IMG/VR virus record: IMGVR_UViG_3300044856_000343
Span: 4,194-68,193 of that record
DNA length: 64,000 bases
Reading direction: 5' to 3' (one strand)
From: a virus
The notes beneath the pieces were generated by a model that was not told the origin of the DNA, did no database searches, and saw only the letters and a list, made by a program, of their open reading frames with translations. Shown piece by piece: positions 46,401 to 56,811 of the stretch (positions are counted from its first letter, which is position 1; each line of letters begins with the position of its first letter). The translations under genes were made by a program, and so were the position numbers.

Positions 46401-49400
46401 GAAAATACAGACGGAACTGCTGTTTTAAGATCTGTTCCTTTAACTTTGTCTCCACCTCCAGAGAAATCACTAAGAGCTACTTTCCACATACCTTTCAAAT
46501 CACCTTTTAATGATTTTGAACGTATTTTGGCATTCGCTTTTACAATCTCTCCTAATACACCAGGAAGCATATTTCCAAAGCTATCTCCTATACCAGAAGT
46601 AATTCCAGCAAGTCCACCACCATTCTTTTTATAAGAATCTTTAAATGTATCAATAGCCTCAGCTCCCATTTGCTTAATAGCACCACCAAAGCCTTTATCC
46701 TTTACATTCTTTTTAAATTTACCGAATTTATTTTTAGCATCTGCTACTGTAGATTTTGCAGCATTTCCAACACGTTCTGTCCAAGTATAATCTTTCAATA
46801 CAGATTTATTAAATTCCTGTACGGATTTAATTTTTGCACCATTTGCTTTATTATAATCTTCGACAGTCTTTTTAGCTTCTTCTCTTGATTTCTTTAATTC
46901 CTCAACGTCAATTCCTAATGCAGGTGCAATATAATCACAACATACATCAACAACTACGCTATCTGGAATTAAAGTTCCAACAATTGGTATTAAGTTCTTA
47001 ACCAATCTAAGTACACCAGAAAGTATTCTTTGTCCCATAGTAGGTTCTTTTACAATTCCTAATGTAGATCTAGCATCTTCATATCCAGTTGTAAAGTCAG
47101 CAACTGCAAATGCAATTCTTGCAACTACAACAACTTGACCTGCAGTTTTAGCAATATTTTTAGCTGTACTAGAACCAGCAGCATTAGCAATCTTAGTTGC
47201 TAATTTAGAAAACATTCCTTTTGTAGTATCTGGATCAATACCCATCTTAGCAAGTAATGGTGCAATCTTATCTGCAACTTTCATTAATGACTCTCCCATA
47301 GAAGATTGTAATGCAAGTCCAGCAAAATTATCTGTACCATTTTTCAATACATTCTTTAAATCAGCTCCAGCATTTGATTTAGCAAATGATTTAATTCCTT
47401 TTCCAATAGCAGTTTTTCCTAATACAGCACTTCCAACATTCTTTCTATTAGTTATTATTCCTCTTCCAATATTCTTTCTCAGTTTTGTACTGAATTTATC
47501 AGAATCAGTTTTTCTAACCTTTACATTACTAACAGTATTTGGATCAACCTTCTTTCCATTTTGATCAACCCATACTTCATTTCCATTACTATCTGTAGTT
47601 TTTGTTACAGTATTACCATTAGCATCTGTTGCTGTTGTAGAATCATCTTTAATTCCATAGCCACCACCTGTAGCTGCATTTGCAACTGAATCAAATGCTC
47701 CACCTAATCCAGCAGCCAATAAAGCAGGTCCAACAATATTAGCTAATACTCCTTTTAAACTAACCTTAGATAATAATTTCTTAGCAAAAGATCCATCTCC
47801 TGTAAAGAATCCAAATAATCCAGAAAGTACACCATCATCTCCAAATAATTTTGACATCATTTTAGATAAGATTCCAGGTTTCTTTTCTTTATCATTTCCA
47901 AGTAATCCATCCTTTAATTTACCAAGTAAACCAGATACACCACCAATAGCTGCTCCAATTCCAGGTACAGATTTAATAGCATTGAAAAATGTGCTATTTT
48001 TCTTATTAGTAACTTGTGTTTCTTTATCTCTAGTATCAACAATAGGTTCACCCTGATTATTTGTTGTATATTGAACAGGACCAAACATCGTATATTGAAT
48101 ATGATCTTTGGTTTTTTGTACATCTTCAGCTCCCTCTTTATCATAATCATGATCTTTTTGATCACTTACAATTCCATTAGCAATATCCTTAACAGCTTTT
48201 TTACCAGCTCCTTTTAATACAGTATATCTCTTCCATTTACCAGCAATAGTATATGGAGTTGTACTATTATGAAGCATAATATTCTGTATATTCTCAACTA
48301 ATCCAAGTAAGCTTCCTTTGTAATCGTCCTCAGTTTGCTCTTCTTGTTTATCATCAGAAAATCTTAATTTCTTTTCAGTATCAAGAGCTCCAATTAATGA
48401 TGTAATATTCTTATCATTAACTGCTCCCTTAAATCCCATAGACTTAAGAGCTGATCTAGCAGCTTCTTTTGATGACTTAGTATCAGCATTCATCTTTAAT
48501 TGGTTAATTGCACCTTCAAGACTATCTCCAAAATCATTAGATCTACCAGATTGCTTTAGTATTTCTCTAGCTCTATCTGTTTTACCTTTTTGAAGTTGTT
48601 TAATAATAGCATTTTGTGTTTTAGCATCTAAGGCTTCTGTACCTTGAGTTTCAAATGCTTTATATAATCCTTGATATGTATCATTATCAAGTTTTTTCTT
48701 AACATTTTTTCCACCTTGAATAGTTTCAAGTAATTGCTTAGTTTTATCTAAGCTTTCAACATTCTTTGTATTTGCAAGATATTTATCAAACTCTCCATAT
48801 CCAGCATTAGTATTCATTCCATATTCTGTACGCAAAGCATTACGCTCAGCAGCAGATAATGTTTCTCCATTATCACTAACATCATAACCTTTTCTTAAGT
48901 TATGCTTTTTCATCCTAGTACTAATTTTACCAAGTCCAAATCCAGCAATATTAACTGGAGCATTCATAAGAAATTTAGCACCTTTAGCTAATTTATTTCC
49001 TAAGCTTCCATCATTACCTTCAGCACGTCTCATTATTTTCTTTCGTAATGATTCACCTATGCTTTGTACTTTTCTAGAAATAGATTTAAATAATTTCTTG
49101 CCAAATCCTTTAATATTATTAGCCATATTTTTGAATATATCTTCAAGATTATTAATAATCTTATCATGAATATTACCAGCAAGACCTTTATCATTCTCAC
49201 CATCACCAAATAAGAACTCACCAAACTTCTCTGATTTTGATAAGTATCCTAAGCCAGCACCAACCATAAGGTTTCCAACAATACCAAAAGGACCTGCAAT
49301 TAATCCAGCTAATGCACCAGCAGCCATATTAGGAGCAGCTTCTTTTAACTTCTTTTGCATTTCCTTTTTAATAAGGTGACCTTCGTTTTTCTCATCTCCA

Positions 49401-52400
49401 AATAGCCAAACTTTTGCTTTCTCTGAAGAAGATACATATCCAACAGTTCCACCTAAAATAGCACCTAATACTGGAGATCCAGCAAATAATCCAGCAGCAT
49501 ATCCAATACCAGCACCTTTACTGATACTTGGTAATTGCTTTTTTATAAATTCTGCTGTATCTTTCTTAAATAATCCTTCTTGGAATTTACCATTATCATC
49601 TACATATCCAAACAATTTTTGTTGAATCTTTGTAGAGTTAGAAATTAATCCAACACCAGCACCAATAGCTGCACCCATGAATGGTCCAACTACAGCTCCT
49701 GTAAGAATAGATACTCCAGCTCCGCCTAAAGCTCCGATAGCCATAGCACCTTTATTAGCACCCATCTCTGATACAGATGTCTTTAGTACATCAGTAATTT
49801 TCTTCTTATCCTCATCAGGATTATCTCTACCAAACATTTGAGCTACAAATTTTGTAAATCCTTCACTAAGAAGTACAGCACCTTGTCCAATTACTTGTGC
49901 ACCACTTTCTGCTTTCTTTTGAAAATTGCCATCTTTGTCTCTTTTAAAGACACCTTCCATAGCTCTTTTCTTAATTCTATCAGAAATAGATTTACCGTAT
50001 TTTTTCTCTTCTTTATTATCTTTAGAATCCTTGTCCTTATCTTTATCTTCTTTAGATCCACCACCAGCTAGCTTTCTATAAATATTATTCTCGTTATTTA
50101 CTTGAGCTTGCTTATTTGTAGGTCCATTATAATAAGGATTTAATTCAGAAGGAATAATTAACTCACCTTCTGATACAACTACAGATCCTGCTTTAGTAAC
50201 TTTTCTACCATAAGCAGCTGTACCATTGTTTCTTACATTCTTTAATTCCTGTGCAGCAGTTTTACCATACAAGAATCTATTCTTAGCATCTACAACACCA
50301 TTAACAACATTTCTCTTTACATTATTCCAAGAAGCTTTAAATTGATCTTTAAAACTTGCTACTTGTTCGTTTCCGTTAAATAAATCTCTGAATTTCTCTT
50401 TTAATTTATCTTTGAGATTTGCAGTCATTTCATCGAACTTATTATACATTCTTTCAATAAGTCCAGACTTATTATCATCTCCCCAGAATAATTTATTAAG
50501 AGAATCTGTAGCAGTAAAAAGAAAACTTGATAAAGCTTGAAATGGAGCTTCATAAATAGACTTTACTTTACTCATAGCTTTTCCAAATTTTGATTTTGGT
50601 TCTGTGCTATCTTTATCAGATCCAAACGGATCTCTCATACCACCATCAAATTTATCTTTAGCAGTTTCCCAGGCTTTTTCTGCTTTATCACGTTCTTTAG
50701 CCTCTGCAATTTGATCATCTGACATTCCATAATATCTATAATTCATATCATCTTTCTTATCCATATTAGAATGCTCTCCAGATGATGAACCATTTCCTAT
50801 TACTCCATTATCATTGATCTTACCTAACTTAAATTTCTTTCTCTTTCTTCCTTTTCCTATAGGTCCAGAATTAGAAAGAATTGTATATATCCCTCTTAAA
50901 TAATCAAGAGAACTATTTCCGTATTTATCAATTATATTAGGTCCAGCTCCTAATTTACCATTAGAACCAAATCCATTATAAAGATAATCTAAAGGAGAAT
51001 TTCCACTAGCTTCAGCTTGTCTCATTGATCGATCAAGCTTTCCTCTTTCTGTAGCAACTCTTCCTCTAAAACTTGTAGCTCTGTTTCTTACATATCCTTT
51101 TCCAGTTTTCATATTGGATTTAGAATATGCATCCATAAGGTTTACAAGAATCTCATAAGCTTCATCAGAATTAATTCCTAATGATTTACGATAATCTTTA
51201 TTGTTTCGATTTTTCTTAAGATCAGAAAAATCTCCACCTTTCTTCAAAGCATTTAAGAAATATGCTTCTATCTCTGCTTGAATCTCTGGATTACCAGTTT
51301 GCTTTGCTTTTCTAAGAGCATCTTGTCTAAACTCTCCACCTGCTCTAGCAGCAGCTTTGGATTGATCATAATCTCTCTTACCTTTAATATTATTAAGGGT
51401 AACAAACTTACCGACATTATAATCATAATATCTTTCTTCTCCACCTAGCGCTGCATAGATCTTAGCAAGATAAGTTGGAATTACTTCTACAACTGATTTT
51501 CTTGCAATACCATCCCAAGCCACTTGACCTTTATTATATTTGCTAGTATCAGGAGATCCAAATCTTGATTTTGGTAGCAAGATATTTCCTAATATAACAG
51601 CTAAAGGATTCTTACTTTTTCTAAACTTTAATCCAGATTCTGATAAAGCAGAAGATAAAAATCCTCTAAGAGTTTCATCAAACATTTCTAATGATGATTT
51701 AGCAAACTTAGGCATCATAAATTCTATAGCAGTTGTAATAGCTTGCTGCATAGCTGGTACATTTTTAGAATTTTTAGGTTGAGGTTTTCCATCTCCAAAG
51801 ACCTTATTCATAAGATCCATCTGTTCCTTAAAATTCTCTTTTACCATAGATAAGTATCCAGCACCATCTAATTCACCATCTTTATTTAAGAATTTTAATA
51901 TAGATTTATCTCTACCTATTACTCCTCTTGCAGATGTATTAGATTTTGCTACAGACTTTTCAATATTTGATAAAGACCTTTGCATCTTATTCAAAGTATC
52001 TGTAGTGGTTGTATAGAAAATTGCTGAGTTCTGCATATGTGCATTTAATGGTACTCCTAATGAAGCTATTCCATTTAATGTATCATGCATACCTAATAAT
52101 ACATTAGTAACCTGGGTAAATCCAGCTTTATTAAGATCATATAATGCTTTTGTAGAAGCAACTTGTGATTTAGCAATATATTCAGCGCTTTTGGATGAAG
52201 AAACTCCAATAGCTTTTGATATACTATTTTCGAAATTAGTGAGAGAATTAATCAAATCTTTTGAATTTGATTCATTCTGTTCCAGTAAATCTTTTACATC
52301 ATTACTGGTATTTTCATCACCCCAATCTTCGGATTTCTTTGATGACGTTCCACTTCCAGTAATATTCTTTACAGTAGAATCCATAATATCATCTAAGATA

Positions 52401-52642
52401 TTAGAATATCTATCATTACCAATATCTAAATCTTTTGTAGATTGAGAAACAGATCCATTTCTCATTTTCTGCATAGATGATTTGGCATTCATAGCAACAG
52501 CTTTTCCAGATTTAATAATACTAGAAGATGTAGGAGCATAAGCTGAAAATACATCTCCAACAGCATATCCAAAAGATCTGTTTAATGATTTAATATAACT
52601 AGAAGCTTTATTATTTCTAAGATATTTGTTCGCCATATCCAA
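43499..52642 (-). CDS. Tape-measure-like tail protein with C39-like peptidase, tail lysozyme and NlpC/P60 domains
   Basis: Long helical Gly/Ala-rich body; GCGP...HYV...NDP (about 45260-45720); GNMEQES...YGLCQW...FERAG (about 44720-45150); DCSS...GD...GHVEMY (about 44020-44460). Confidence 0.85.
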   Translation of the reverse strand: MDMANKYLRNNKASSYIKSLNRSFGYAVGDVFSAYAPTSSSIIKSGKAVAMNAKSSMQKMRNGSVSQSTKDLDIGNDRYSNILDDIMDSTVKNITGSGTSSKKSEDWGDENTSNDVKDLLEQNESNSKDLINSLTNFENSISKAIGVSSSKSAEYIAKSQVASTKALYDLNKAGFTQVTNVLLGMHDTLNGIASLGVPLNAHMQNSAIFYTTTTDTLNKMQRSLSNIEKSVAKSNTSARGVIGRDKSILKFLNKDGELDGAGYLSMVKENFKEQMDLMNKVFGDGKPQPKNSKNVPAMQQAITTAIEFMMPKFAKSSLEMFDETLRGFLSSALSESGLKFRKSKNPLAVILGNILLPKSRFGSPDTSKYNKGQVAWDGIARKSVVEVIPTYLAKIYAALGGEERYYDYNVGKFVTLNNIKGKRDYDQSKAAARAGGEFRQDALRKAKQTGNPEIQAEIEAYFLNALKKGGDFSDLKKNRNNKDYRKSLGINSDEAYEILVNLMDAYSKSNMKTGKGYVRNRATSFRGRVATERGKLDRSMRQAEASGNSPLDYLYNGFGSNGKLGAGPNIIDKYGNSSLDYLRGIYTILSNSGPIGKGRKRKKFKLGKINDNGVIGNGSSSGEHSNMDKKDDMNYRYYGMSDDQIAEAKERDKAEKAWETAKDKFDGGMRDPFGSDKDSTEPKSKFGKAMSKVKSIYEAPFQALSSFLFTATDSLNKLFWGDDNKSGLIERMYNKFDEMTANLKDKLKEKFRDLFNGNEQVASFKDQFKASWNNVKRNVVNGVVDAKNRFLYGKTAAQELKNVRNNGTAAYGRKVTKAGSVVVSEGELIIPSELNPYYNGPTNKQAQVNNENNIYRKLAGGGSKEDKDKDKDSKDNKEEKKYGKSISDRIKKRAMEGVFKRDKDGNFQKKAESGAQVIGQGAVLLSEGFTKFVAQMFGRDNPDEDKKKITDVLKTSVSEMGANKGAMAIGALGGAGVSILTGAVVGPFMGAAIGAGVGLISNSTKIQQKLFGYVDDNGKFQEGLFKKDTAEFIKKQLPSISKGAGIGYAAGLFAGSPVLGAILGGTVGYVSSSEKAKVWLFGDEKNEGHLIKKEMQKKLKEAAPNMAAGALAGLIAGPFGIVGNLMVGAGLGYLSKSEKFGEFLFGDGENDKGLAGNIHDKIINNLEDIFKNMANNIKGFGKKLFKSISRKVQSIGESLRKKIMRRAEGNDGSLGNKLAKGAKFLMNAPVNIAGFGLGKISTRMKKHNLRKGYDVSDNGETLSAAERNALRTEYGMNTNAGYGEFDKYLANTKNVESLDKTKQLLETIQGGKNVKKKLDNDTYQGLYKAFETQGTEALDAKTQNAIIKQLQKGKTDRAREILKQSGRSNDFGDSLEGAINQLKMNADTKSSKEAARSALKSMGFKGAVNDKNITSLIGALDTEKKLRFSDDKQEEQTEDDYKGSLLGLVENIQNIMLHNSTTPYTIAGKWKRYTVLKGAGKKAVKDIANGIVSDQKDHDYDKEGAEDVQKTKDHIQYTMFGPVQYTTNNQGEPIVDTRDKETQVTNKKNSTFFNAIKSVPGIGAAIGGVSGLLGKLKDGLLGNDKEKKPGILSKMMSKLFGDDGVLSGLFGFFTGDGSFAKKLLSKVSLKGVLANIVGPALLAAGLGGAFDSVANAATGGGYGIKDDSTTATDANGNTVTKTTDSNGNEVWVDQNGKKVDPNTVSNVKVRKTDSDKFSTKLRKNIGRGIITNRKNVGSAVLGKTAIGKGIKSFAKSNAGADLKNVLKNGTDNFAGLALQSSMGESLMKVADKIAPLLAKMGIDPDTTKGMFSKLATKIANAAGSSTAKNIAKTAGQVVVVARIAFAVADFTTGYEDARSTLGIVKEPTMGQRILSGVLRLVKNLIPIVGTLIPDSVVVDVCCDYIAPALGIDVEELKKSREEAKKTVEDYNKANGAKIKSVQEFNKSVLKDYTWTERVGNAAKSTVADAKNKFGKFKKNVKDKGFGGAIKQMGAEAIDTFKDSYKKNGGGLAGITSGIGDSFGNMLPGVLGEIVKANAKIRSKSLKGDLKGMWKVALSDFSGGGDKVKGTDLKTAVPSVFSKAIGQIPLIVNKVTSTPVALIFKVLGKVKEGIQPLIDKVKDFGLGIASIAGNNIKYVKAGDPIGLWKGDKDKKEDKENPLGGFGKVIDGIQKVALTPFATVFMAGNKIKEAIHSDEIKSDMKKFNSAIKKIKKKASKGSVSSIWKVKAKFSDDDPIRSFFNAGITINKIFSTIVGFAEKIFGPIVKLLGGIAGKFKGAADDEEEKEKKSKKSKKSKKSGGSSGIVSQYDPKYQQYSIGGQSFASKGCGPAVATMAAKAMGKNMTVGDAVSESNGYQTSNGVTLDYFGKVLGDRGINTRIISGGSSNDMYNSIASGDKLVLLGRDPSNTSKDNSPFGPNNHYVLATGLDRRGNVIVNDPESNRSRSYNPSILKSAQYAVAGSASELKHRKYSSNRSARRFRRIVGGGGECRNDAITQQIWAYLTKKLGMTEAAAAGVMGNMEQESGCDINLHQSGGSAYGLCQWDGGRKSELMRRSGYNTLAVQLEYLSEELPSQYWKKSGTINDKDGKSYSYSSMTYEQFKALTDVATATIKFEAAFERAGKPMMAKRITYAKKFYEMFTGKTYEIDPSIGVGSSSDDSSSSSSGEDALFTNPLNIVSDVGTVFGNAFGKLFGYANDDSSSSSSSSSGSADGVVSNAAVGDGNATQKAIVQKLLDIQGKLSYSMKGPRDPEKGSADCSSTVNWAYKKVTGKDIGNSTDAIINNANTEVIDLANNMNVNSGGSNSSGPTESKLMPGDILLYSRPDSGYTSGRKYRVGHVEMYVGNGNRIGHGGGQGPKVTPLTKDSKHYIEARRLKGITAAGAGSGLVPISYDDICNNAGGSSGILLSSRVGSRNNMVASKQYKIARRPSGGDSNLAASTTSMLTNIKNSVASKGSAGQISTDTVNKLITSITNLLQSIANNTADISAIYNVLKTYVSGGGSSSNKQPVVVKKSTPAPKPTATSSGSDEIDSNIISLVSVLADIAKG

Positions 52643-52687
52643 GATTTCCTCCTTTCGATTATTGAATTATACTTATGTGAAATATGA

Positions 52688-52711
52688 GAGAGTGGCTATA
52701 ATGCCACTCTC
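52688..52711 (-). terminator. Hairpin/terminator
   Basis: GAGAGTGGC-TATAAT-GCCACTCTC. Confidence 0.7.
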
Positions 52712-52718
52712 CCGTAAA

Positions 52719-55373
52719 TTATTTTTGCTTTTTGATTGATTCTTTTCCAGCCCAACCTTGTCTTGTAAGAGTTGGTCCCATTGCTAATCCATATGGAAAA
52801 TCATATTTCTCTTCGTCAACAACATCTACAACGTACATAAGTTGATTTTTCTTTTCAATATAACTTCCACTACCATTAGCATAATTATATAATTCTCCAG
52901 TTACAATAACAGCATCTCCCTTTACAATCTTTCCAAGATTTTCAAGGTCGATTGTTTTGAACCATCCACAAGCTCTAGCTGGAGCTTGAACTCCTTCTAA
53001 ATCATGAGTAAGTCGAATCTTTCCCATAGCAATTTTAGAATTCCATACATAGTATTTTCCTGACTTTGTTCCAGAAGAAGCATCAGAACAATAATTTGCA
53101 TATACTGGAGTATTATCAAGATCAAAATATTTTCCTGGGTCCCAAGTATCATCAATTACTTGATTACTTAATATATTGAAATCATAATCTCCATTTGCTA
53201 CATTATCTTTATCTACGCCTTCTTCAAGATCTCCAAAATCATAATCTCCTTGAGCAGATTCATCTTTAAAATCAAGATCTCCAAAATTATATTTCAGATC
53301 ATCATCTCCATCATCAATATAATTATTTCCACCTTCAGGTTTTGTATGTTCCGTTCCACCTAAAGGTTCATTATTGATTACTTTGAAATTGAATACTACT
53401 GTATCATTAAATCCTTTTATAGGTTCAACTTTTATATTTACAATTGCATCATAATCCTTATCATGAACTGTAAATTTATCTTTAGCAATTATTTTATAAT
53501 CTGTTCCTTCTTTTAATTCTTTACCATTTAAAGATAATTTAAGAATTCCATTATCTACCCAATATTCAGAATACTTACACCAATATCCATAATTAGCAAC
53601 AACTCTAGAAATCGGAATAGATATAATTTCAAATGTTGCTGATATTGTTCCAGTGTAATTACCTTTACCTGTAGCAATAATTGTTGCTATACCTACATCA
53701 GTATTATTCTGATAAGAAAGTGTATAATCAGTATTTAGAACCAATGTATCAACAATTCCTACAGCAAGTATTGGTGAACTAGTATAATTATATTGAGATT
53801 TTTCTGTATTAAGTGTATGCTCTAAAGCTATATTCCTTGGATCTATATTGAACTCTATTGTTTTTGTTCCTTCATATTCTCCAGCACCAGTAATTATAAT
53901 ACTAGCTTTTCCAGCATTTGTATTATTCTTATAAGCTACTGTAAAATCTTTATCTTGAATCATTCTGTCAATTGATACTTTAGGACACCATGCTTTGCCA
54001 GGTGTATATACACATTTTAATTCTTCTACATTTACTGTCATCTTAGAAACATTCATTTCCGAAATCTCAAATTGGATTTCTTTTGATCCGTTAAAGTTTC
54101 CAGTACCAGTAATTGTAATTGTAGCAATACCTACATTTGTATTATTTTTATAAGATACATTGTAAGTTTTATTTAATCCACTTGTATCTGTACAAGTAAC
54201 TGCTGGTTTAATTTCAGATCCAGTATATTTATACATAGATCTAGGAATTGTAAATTGATAATCTGCTACTGATTTCTGATAAATAGTAAAGCTTCCAGAT
54301 TTTGTTCCAGTATAATTACCTTTACCTGTAGCAGTTACAGTTCCTTGACCAGCATTAATATTTGTTCCATAAGAAATATCATAATCAGTTCCACTAGTTA
54401 ATCCACTAATATAACTACTCGGAGTCTTTTGCTTTCCATCATATACAGGATGATCATCAGAAATTGTAAGAGTCTTAGAACTAATATCACATTTATTGAT
54501 TGTAAAATTAATTCTCTTTTCTCCAGTATAATTTCCAATGCCTTTTACAACTGCTGTAGCAGTTCCAGCATTTGTATTATTTTCATATGAAACTGTAAAA
54601 TCCGTTCCAAGTTTCTTATTTCCATTATCTACAGTAACTAATGGACAATTTACTCCACCATAATAAGTTACTGTATATAGATTTAAAGTAATCGAATACT
54701 TATTAATATCTATTGGATCTGGCTTTGTAGGTGGTGGAGTAGATCCTCCTCCCCATCCTGCTACATCATTATAGAAATGAGATAAATCAACTCTATTACT
54801 TGTACCTGCTACAGATCCAGTAGATGTGTATTGCCAGCCATCATATGAATTCACATAAACAGGAGCTTCAGAACTATATTTGGCTACCCATAATGAATAT
54901 CCTTTTGCTTTTAATTGAGACAAGTCCAAATGATCTTTAAACCAAGAATCAGAAGCATAAACTCCTGCTCTGTATCCAAGCTGTTTTATACGATCACAAA
55001 ATGCAATAGTTACTGCTGTTCTTACAGATTTACTTAATTTATCCGATCTACCTGTATGATTGGCATTAGAAAATTCAGAATCTATATAAACCGGAAAATT
55101 TACAGTTTTACTTTTAATAAGGTTATATACATAATTAGCTTCTGCTACAGCTTCATTTGTATTTATAGCTGTGGAAAACCAATACATTCCTATTTTTGTT
55201 TTTCCATTAAATCCATTATAATGAGTATCAAAATGATTATCTTTTTGCAATGATCCAGAGGAACCATATCCTCTATATCCGCATCTTATGATAACGCCAG
55301 ATATACCACTAGCACAAGATGCATAGTTAGATATATCATTATATTTAGAAACATCAAGCACTAACCAAGACAT
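52719..55373 (-). CDS. GH25 muramidase with Ig-like (MBG-type) repeats and a C-terminal wall-binding-like domain
   Basis: LDVSKYN, PVYIDSE, LWVAKY, WQYTSTG and VDLS motifs; about six repeats YxNNTNxGxATxxxTGxGNYxG. Confidence 0.85.
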   Translation of the reverse strand: MSWLVLDVSKYNDISNYASCASGISGVIIRCGYRGYGSSGSLQKDNHFDTHYNGFNGKTKIGMYWFSTAINTNEAVAEANYVYNLIKSKTVNFPVYIDSEFSNANHTGRSDKLSKSVRTAVTIAFCDRIKQLGYRAGVYASDSWFKDHLDLSQLKAKGYSLWVAKYSSEAPVYVNSYDGWQYTSTGSVAGTSNRVDLSHFYNDVAGWGGGSTPPPTKPDPIDINKYSITLNLYTVTYYGGVNCPLVTVDNGNKKLGTDFTVSYENNTNAGTATAVVKGIGNYTGEKRINFTINKCDISSKTLTISDDHPVYDGKQKTPSSYISGLTSGTDYDISYGTNINAGQGTVTATGKGNYTGTKSGSFTIYQKSVADYQFTIPRSMYKYTGSEIKPAVTCTDTSGLNKTYNVSYKNNTNVGIATITITGTGNFNGSKEIQFEISEMNVSKMTVNVEELKCVYTPGKAWCPKVSIDRMIQDKDFTVAYKNNTNAGKASIIITGAGEYEGTKTIEFNIDPRNIALEHTLNTEKSQYNYTSSPILAVGIVDTLVLNTDYTLSYQNNTDVGIATIIATGKGNYTGTISATFEIISIPISRVVANYGYWCKYSEYWVDNGILKLSLNGKELKEGTDYKIIAKDKFTVHDKDYDAIVNIKVEPIKGFNDTVVFNFKVINNEPLGGTEHTKPEGGNNYIDDGDDDLKYNFGDLDFKDESAQGDYDFGDLEEGVDKDNVANGDYDFNILSNQVIDDTWDPGKYFDLDNTPVYANYCSDASSGTKSGKYYVWNSKIAMGKIRLTHDLEGVQAPARACGWFKTIDLENLGKIVKGDAVIVTGELYNYANGSGSYIEKKNQLMYVVDVVDEEKYDFPYGLAMGPTLTRQGWAGKESIKKQK

Positions 55374-55403
55374 AAATGTTTCCTCCTTTAACTTATTTGA
55401 ATA

Positions 55404-55952
55404 CTATGCTTCTGAATCTGTTTCTCCATCTGCTAAGTTTGAATTATCAATCTCATCATCTGATTCTTCGCTAGTATTCTCTTCATTATTAGAAGTGTCA
55501 TTAGATTCCATTCCTAATTTCTCTCTAAGAGCATTTAATTTTGCATCTGCAATTCCAATATAGTAATTTCCAGCAATCTTAACAGCGTTTTCTACAGCAG
55601 ATTTAATAATATATCCACCTACAACTTCTCTAAAAGTTGTATTAGATTCTGTAATAAATGTATCTATTCCAGTTATAGTACCTGTCTGAAAACTATACCA
55701 AACCATACCAATACTAAATGCTACAGAAACTAAGTATAAACAAAATGTAACTGAAACAATTTTCTTAGAGAATGATTGTATCCATCCGATATATCTTTTA
55801 TTATTCTCTAAAGTATCCATATCCTCATAAAGTTCTTTCTCATCTTCAGTTGAAAAATATTTTGATGCTTTAGCAAAATCATGTACCTGTATCTGATCTG
55901 GTCTAAGATAATTGCGTCTTTTAGGTTTCTCATTTTTTATCTTTCTAAACAT
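55404..55952 (-). CDS. Membrane protein, holin candidate
   Basis: Hydrophobic helix KIVSVTFCLYLVSVAFSIGMVW; directly upstream of the GH25 gene; late promoter at 55998-56009. Confidence 0.5.
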   Translation of the reverse strand: MFRKIKNEKPKRRNYLRPDQIQVHDFAKASKYFSTEDEKELYEDMDTLENNKRYIGWIQSFSKKIVSVTFCLYLVSVAFSIGMVWYSFQTGTITGIDTFITESNTTFREVVGGYIIKSAVENAVKIAGNYYIGIADAKLNALREKLGMESNDTSNNEENTSEESDDEIDNSNLADGETDSEA

Positions 55953-56032
55953 AATTAACACCTCCATTTACTGTTTAAAAAATAAAAATCCTAATATTAT
56001 AACGGTGTTAATTTTAAACAAAAGACAAAAAA

Positions 56033-56060
56033 TAAACCGTATGCAAATGCATACGGTTTA
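56033..56060 (-). terminator. Terminator
   Basis: TAAACCGTATGC-N4-GCATACGGTTTA. Confidence 0.8.
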
Positions 56061-56069
56061 TTTCATAAA

Positions 56070-56810
56070 TTATAGTCCTTTATAATCTACCAATCTCTTA
56101 CGCACAATCTGTGCACCAAAATGGTAATTAGGACCTAGTTCTTCAGTCAGATATTTGATAAATTTATCTGGAAATGTAAATCTATCGGCATCCTTAGCAC
56201 ACTCCAGAATTCTCTGTCCAAAGATACTAATATAAATAGTACCATATCTATCCATCTTCTTAGAGAATGGATAGAAAGATAATGAATTATCTTTTCTCAT
56301 ATGATTTTTAGTTACTATAGATTGCACTGTTTCTGCATTGATCTTGTAATTGAATCCAGATGCAGGATCATAAGTAGTTAATGCTAATTCGCTATTACCG
56401 ATCTTATCATCTATCTGAGCTTCATTCATATAATCAGACATCCATTTTGTGAAAGCCTTCTCTATATCATTCATGATGCTTTCTCTTAACTGAATACCTG
56501 TTGCTTTATCATATAATTTATCGATATCATAATTCTGATAAATCATATATCCTGCTTTTAAGAGAACTGGCTGATATCCATCATCAATAATAAATTTATC
56601 ATTATTATACTGAACGATAATATCTCCACCATATTCCTCAGTTATATTATCTCCATTAACAGTCAGAATAGACTGATCTGGAAGTGATAATCTCAATTTA
56701 AAATGAGGATATTTTTCCTTTAAATCTGAACTATACTTTGGAATTATTTCATCTGATTCTGGATCAAATAAATAATTATTCCTACCATCTAATTTTATTG
56801 TTTTTACCAT
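56070..56810 (-). CDS. Hypothetical protein
   Basis: ORF track. Confidence 0.75.
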   Translation of the reverse strand: MVKTIKLDGRNNYLFDPESDEIIPKYSSDLKEKYPHFKLRLSLPDQSILTVNGDNITEEYGGDIIVQYNNDKFIIDDGYQPVLLKAGYMIYQNYDIDKLYDKATGIQLRESIMNDIEKAFTKWMSDYMNEAQIDDKIGNSELALTTYDPASGFNYKINAETVQSIVTKNHMRKDNSLSFYPFSKKMDRYGTIYISIFGQRILECAKDADRFTFPDKFIKYLTEELGPNYHFGAQIVRKRLVDYKGL

Positions 56811-56811
56811 C

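Noticed and set aside
43738-52445. Many plus-strand and alternate-frame ORFs over the 3047-aa gene, and similar ones at 33083-33808 and 7534-8133
   Set aside because: Shadow ORFs from codon bias; no SD or motifs.
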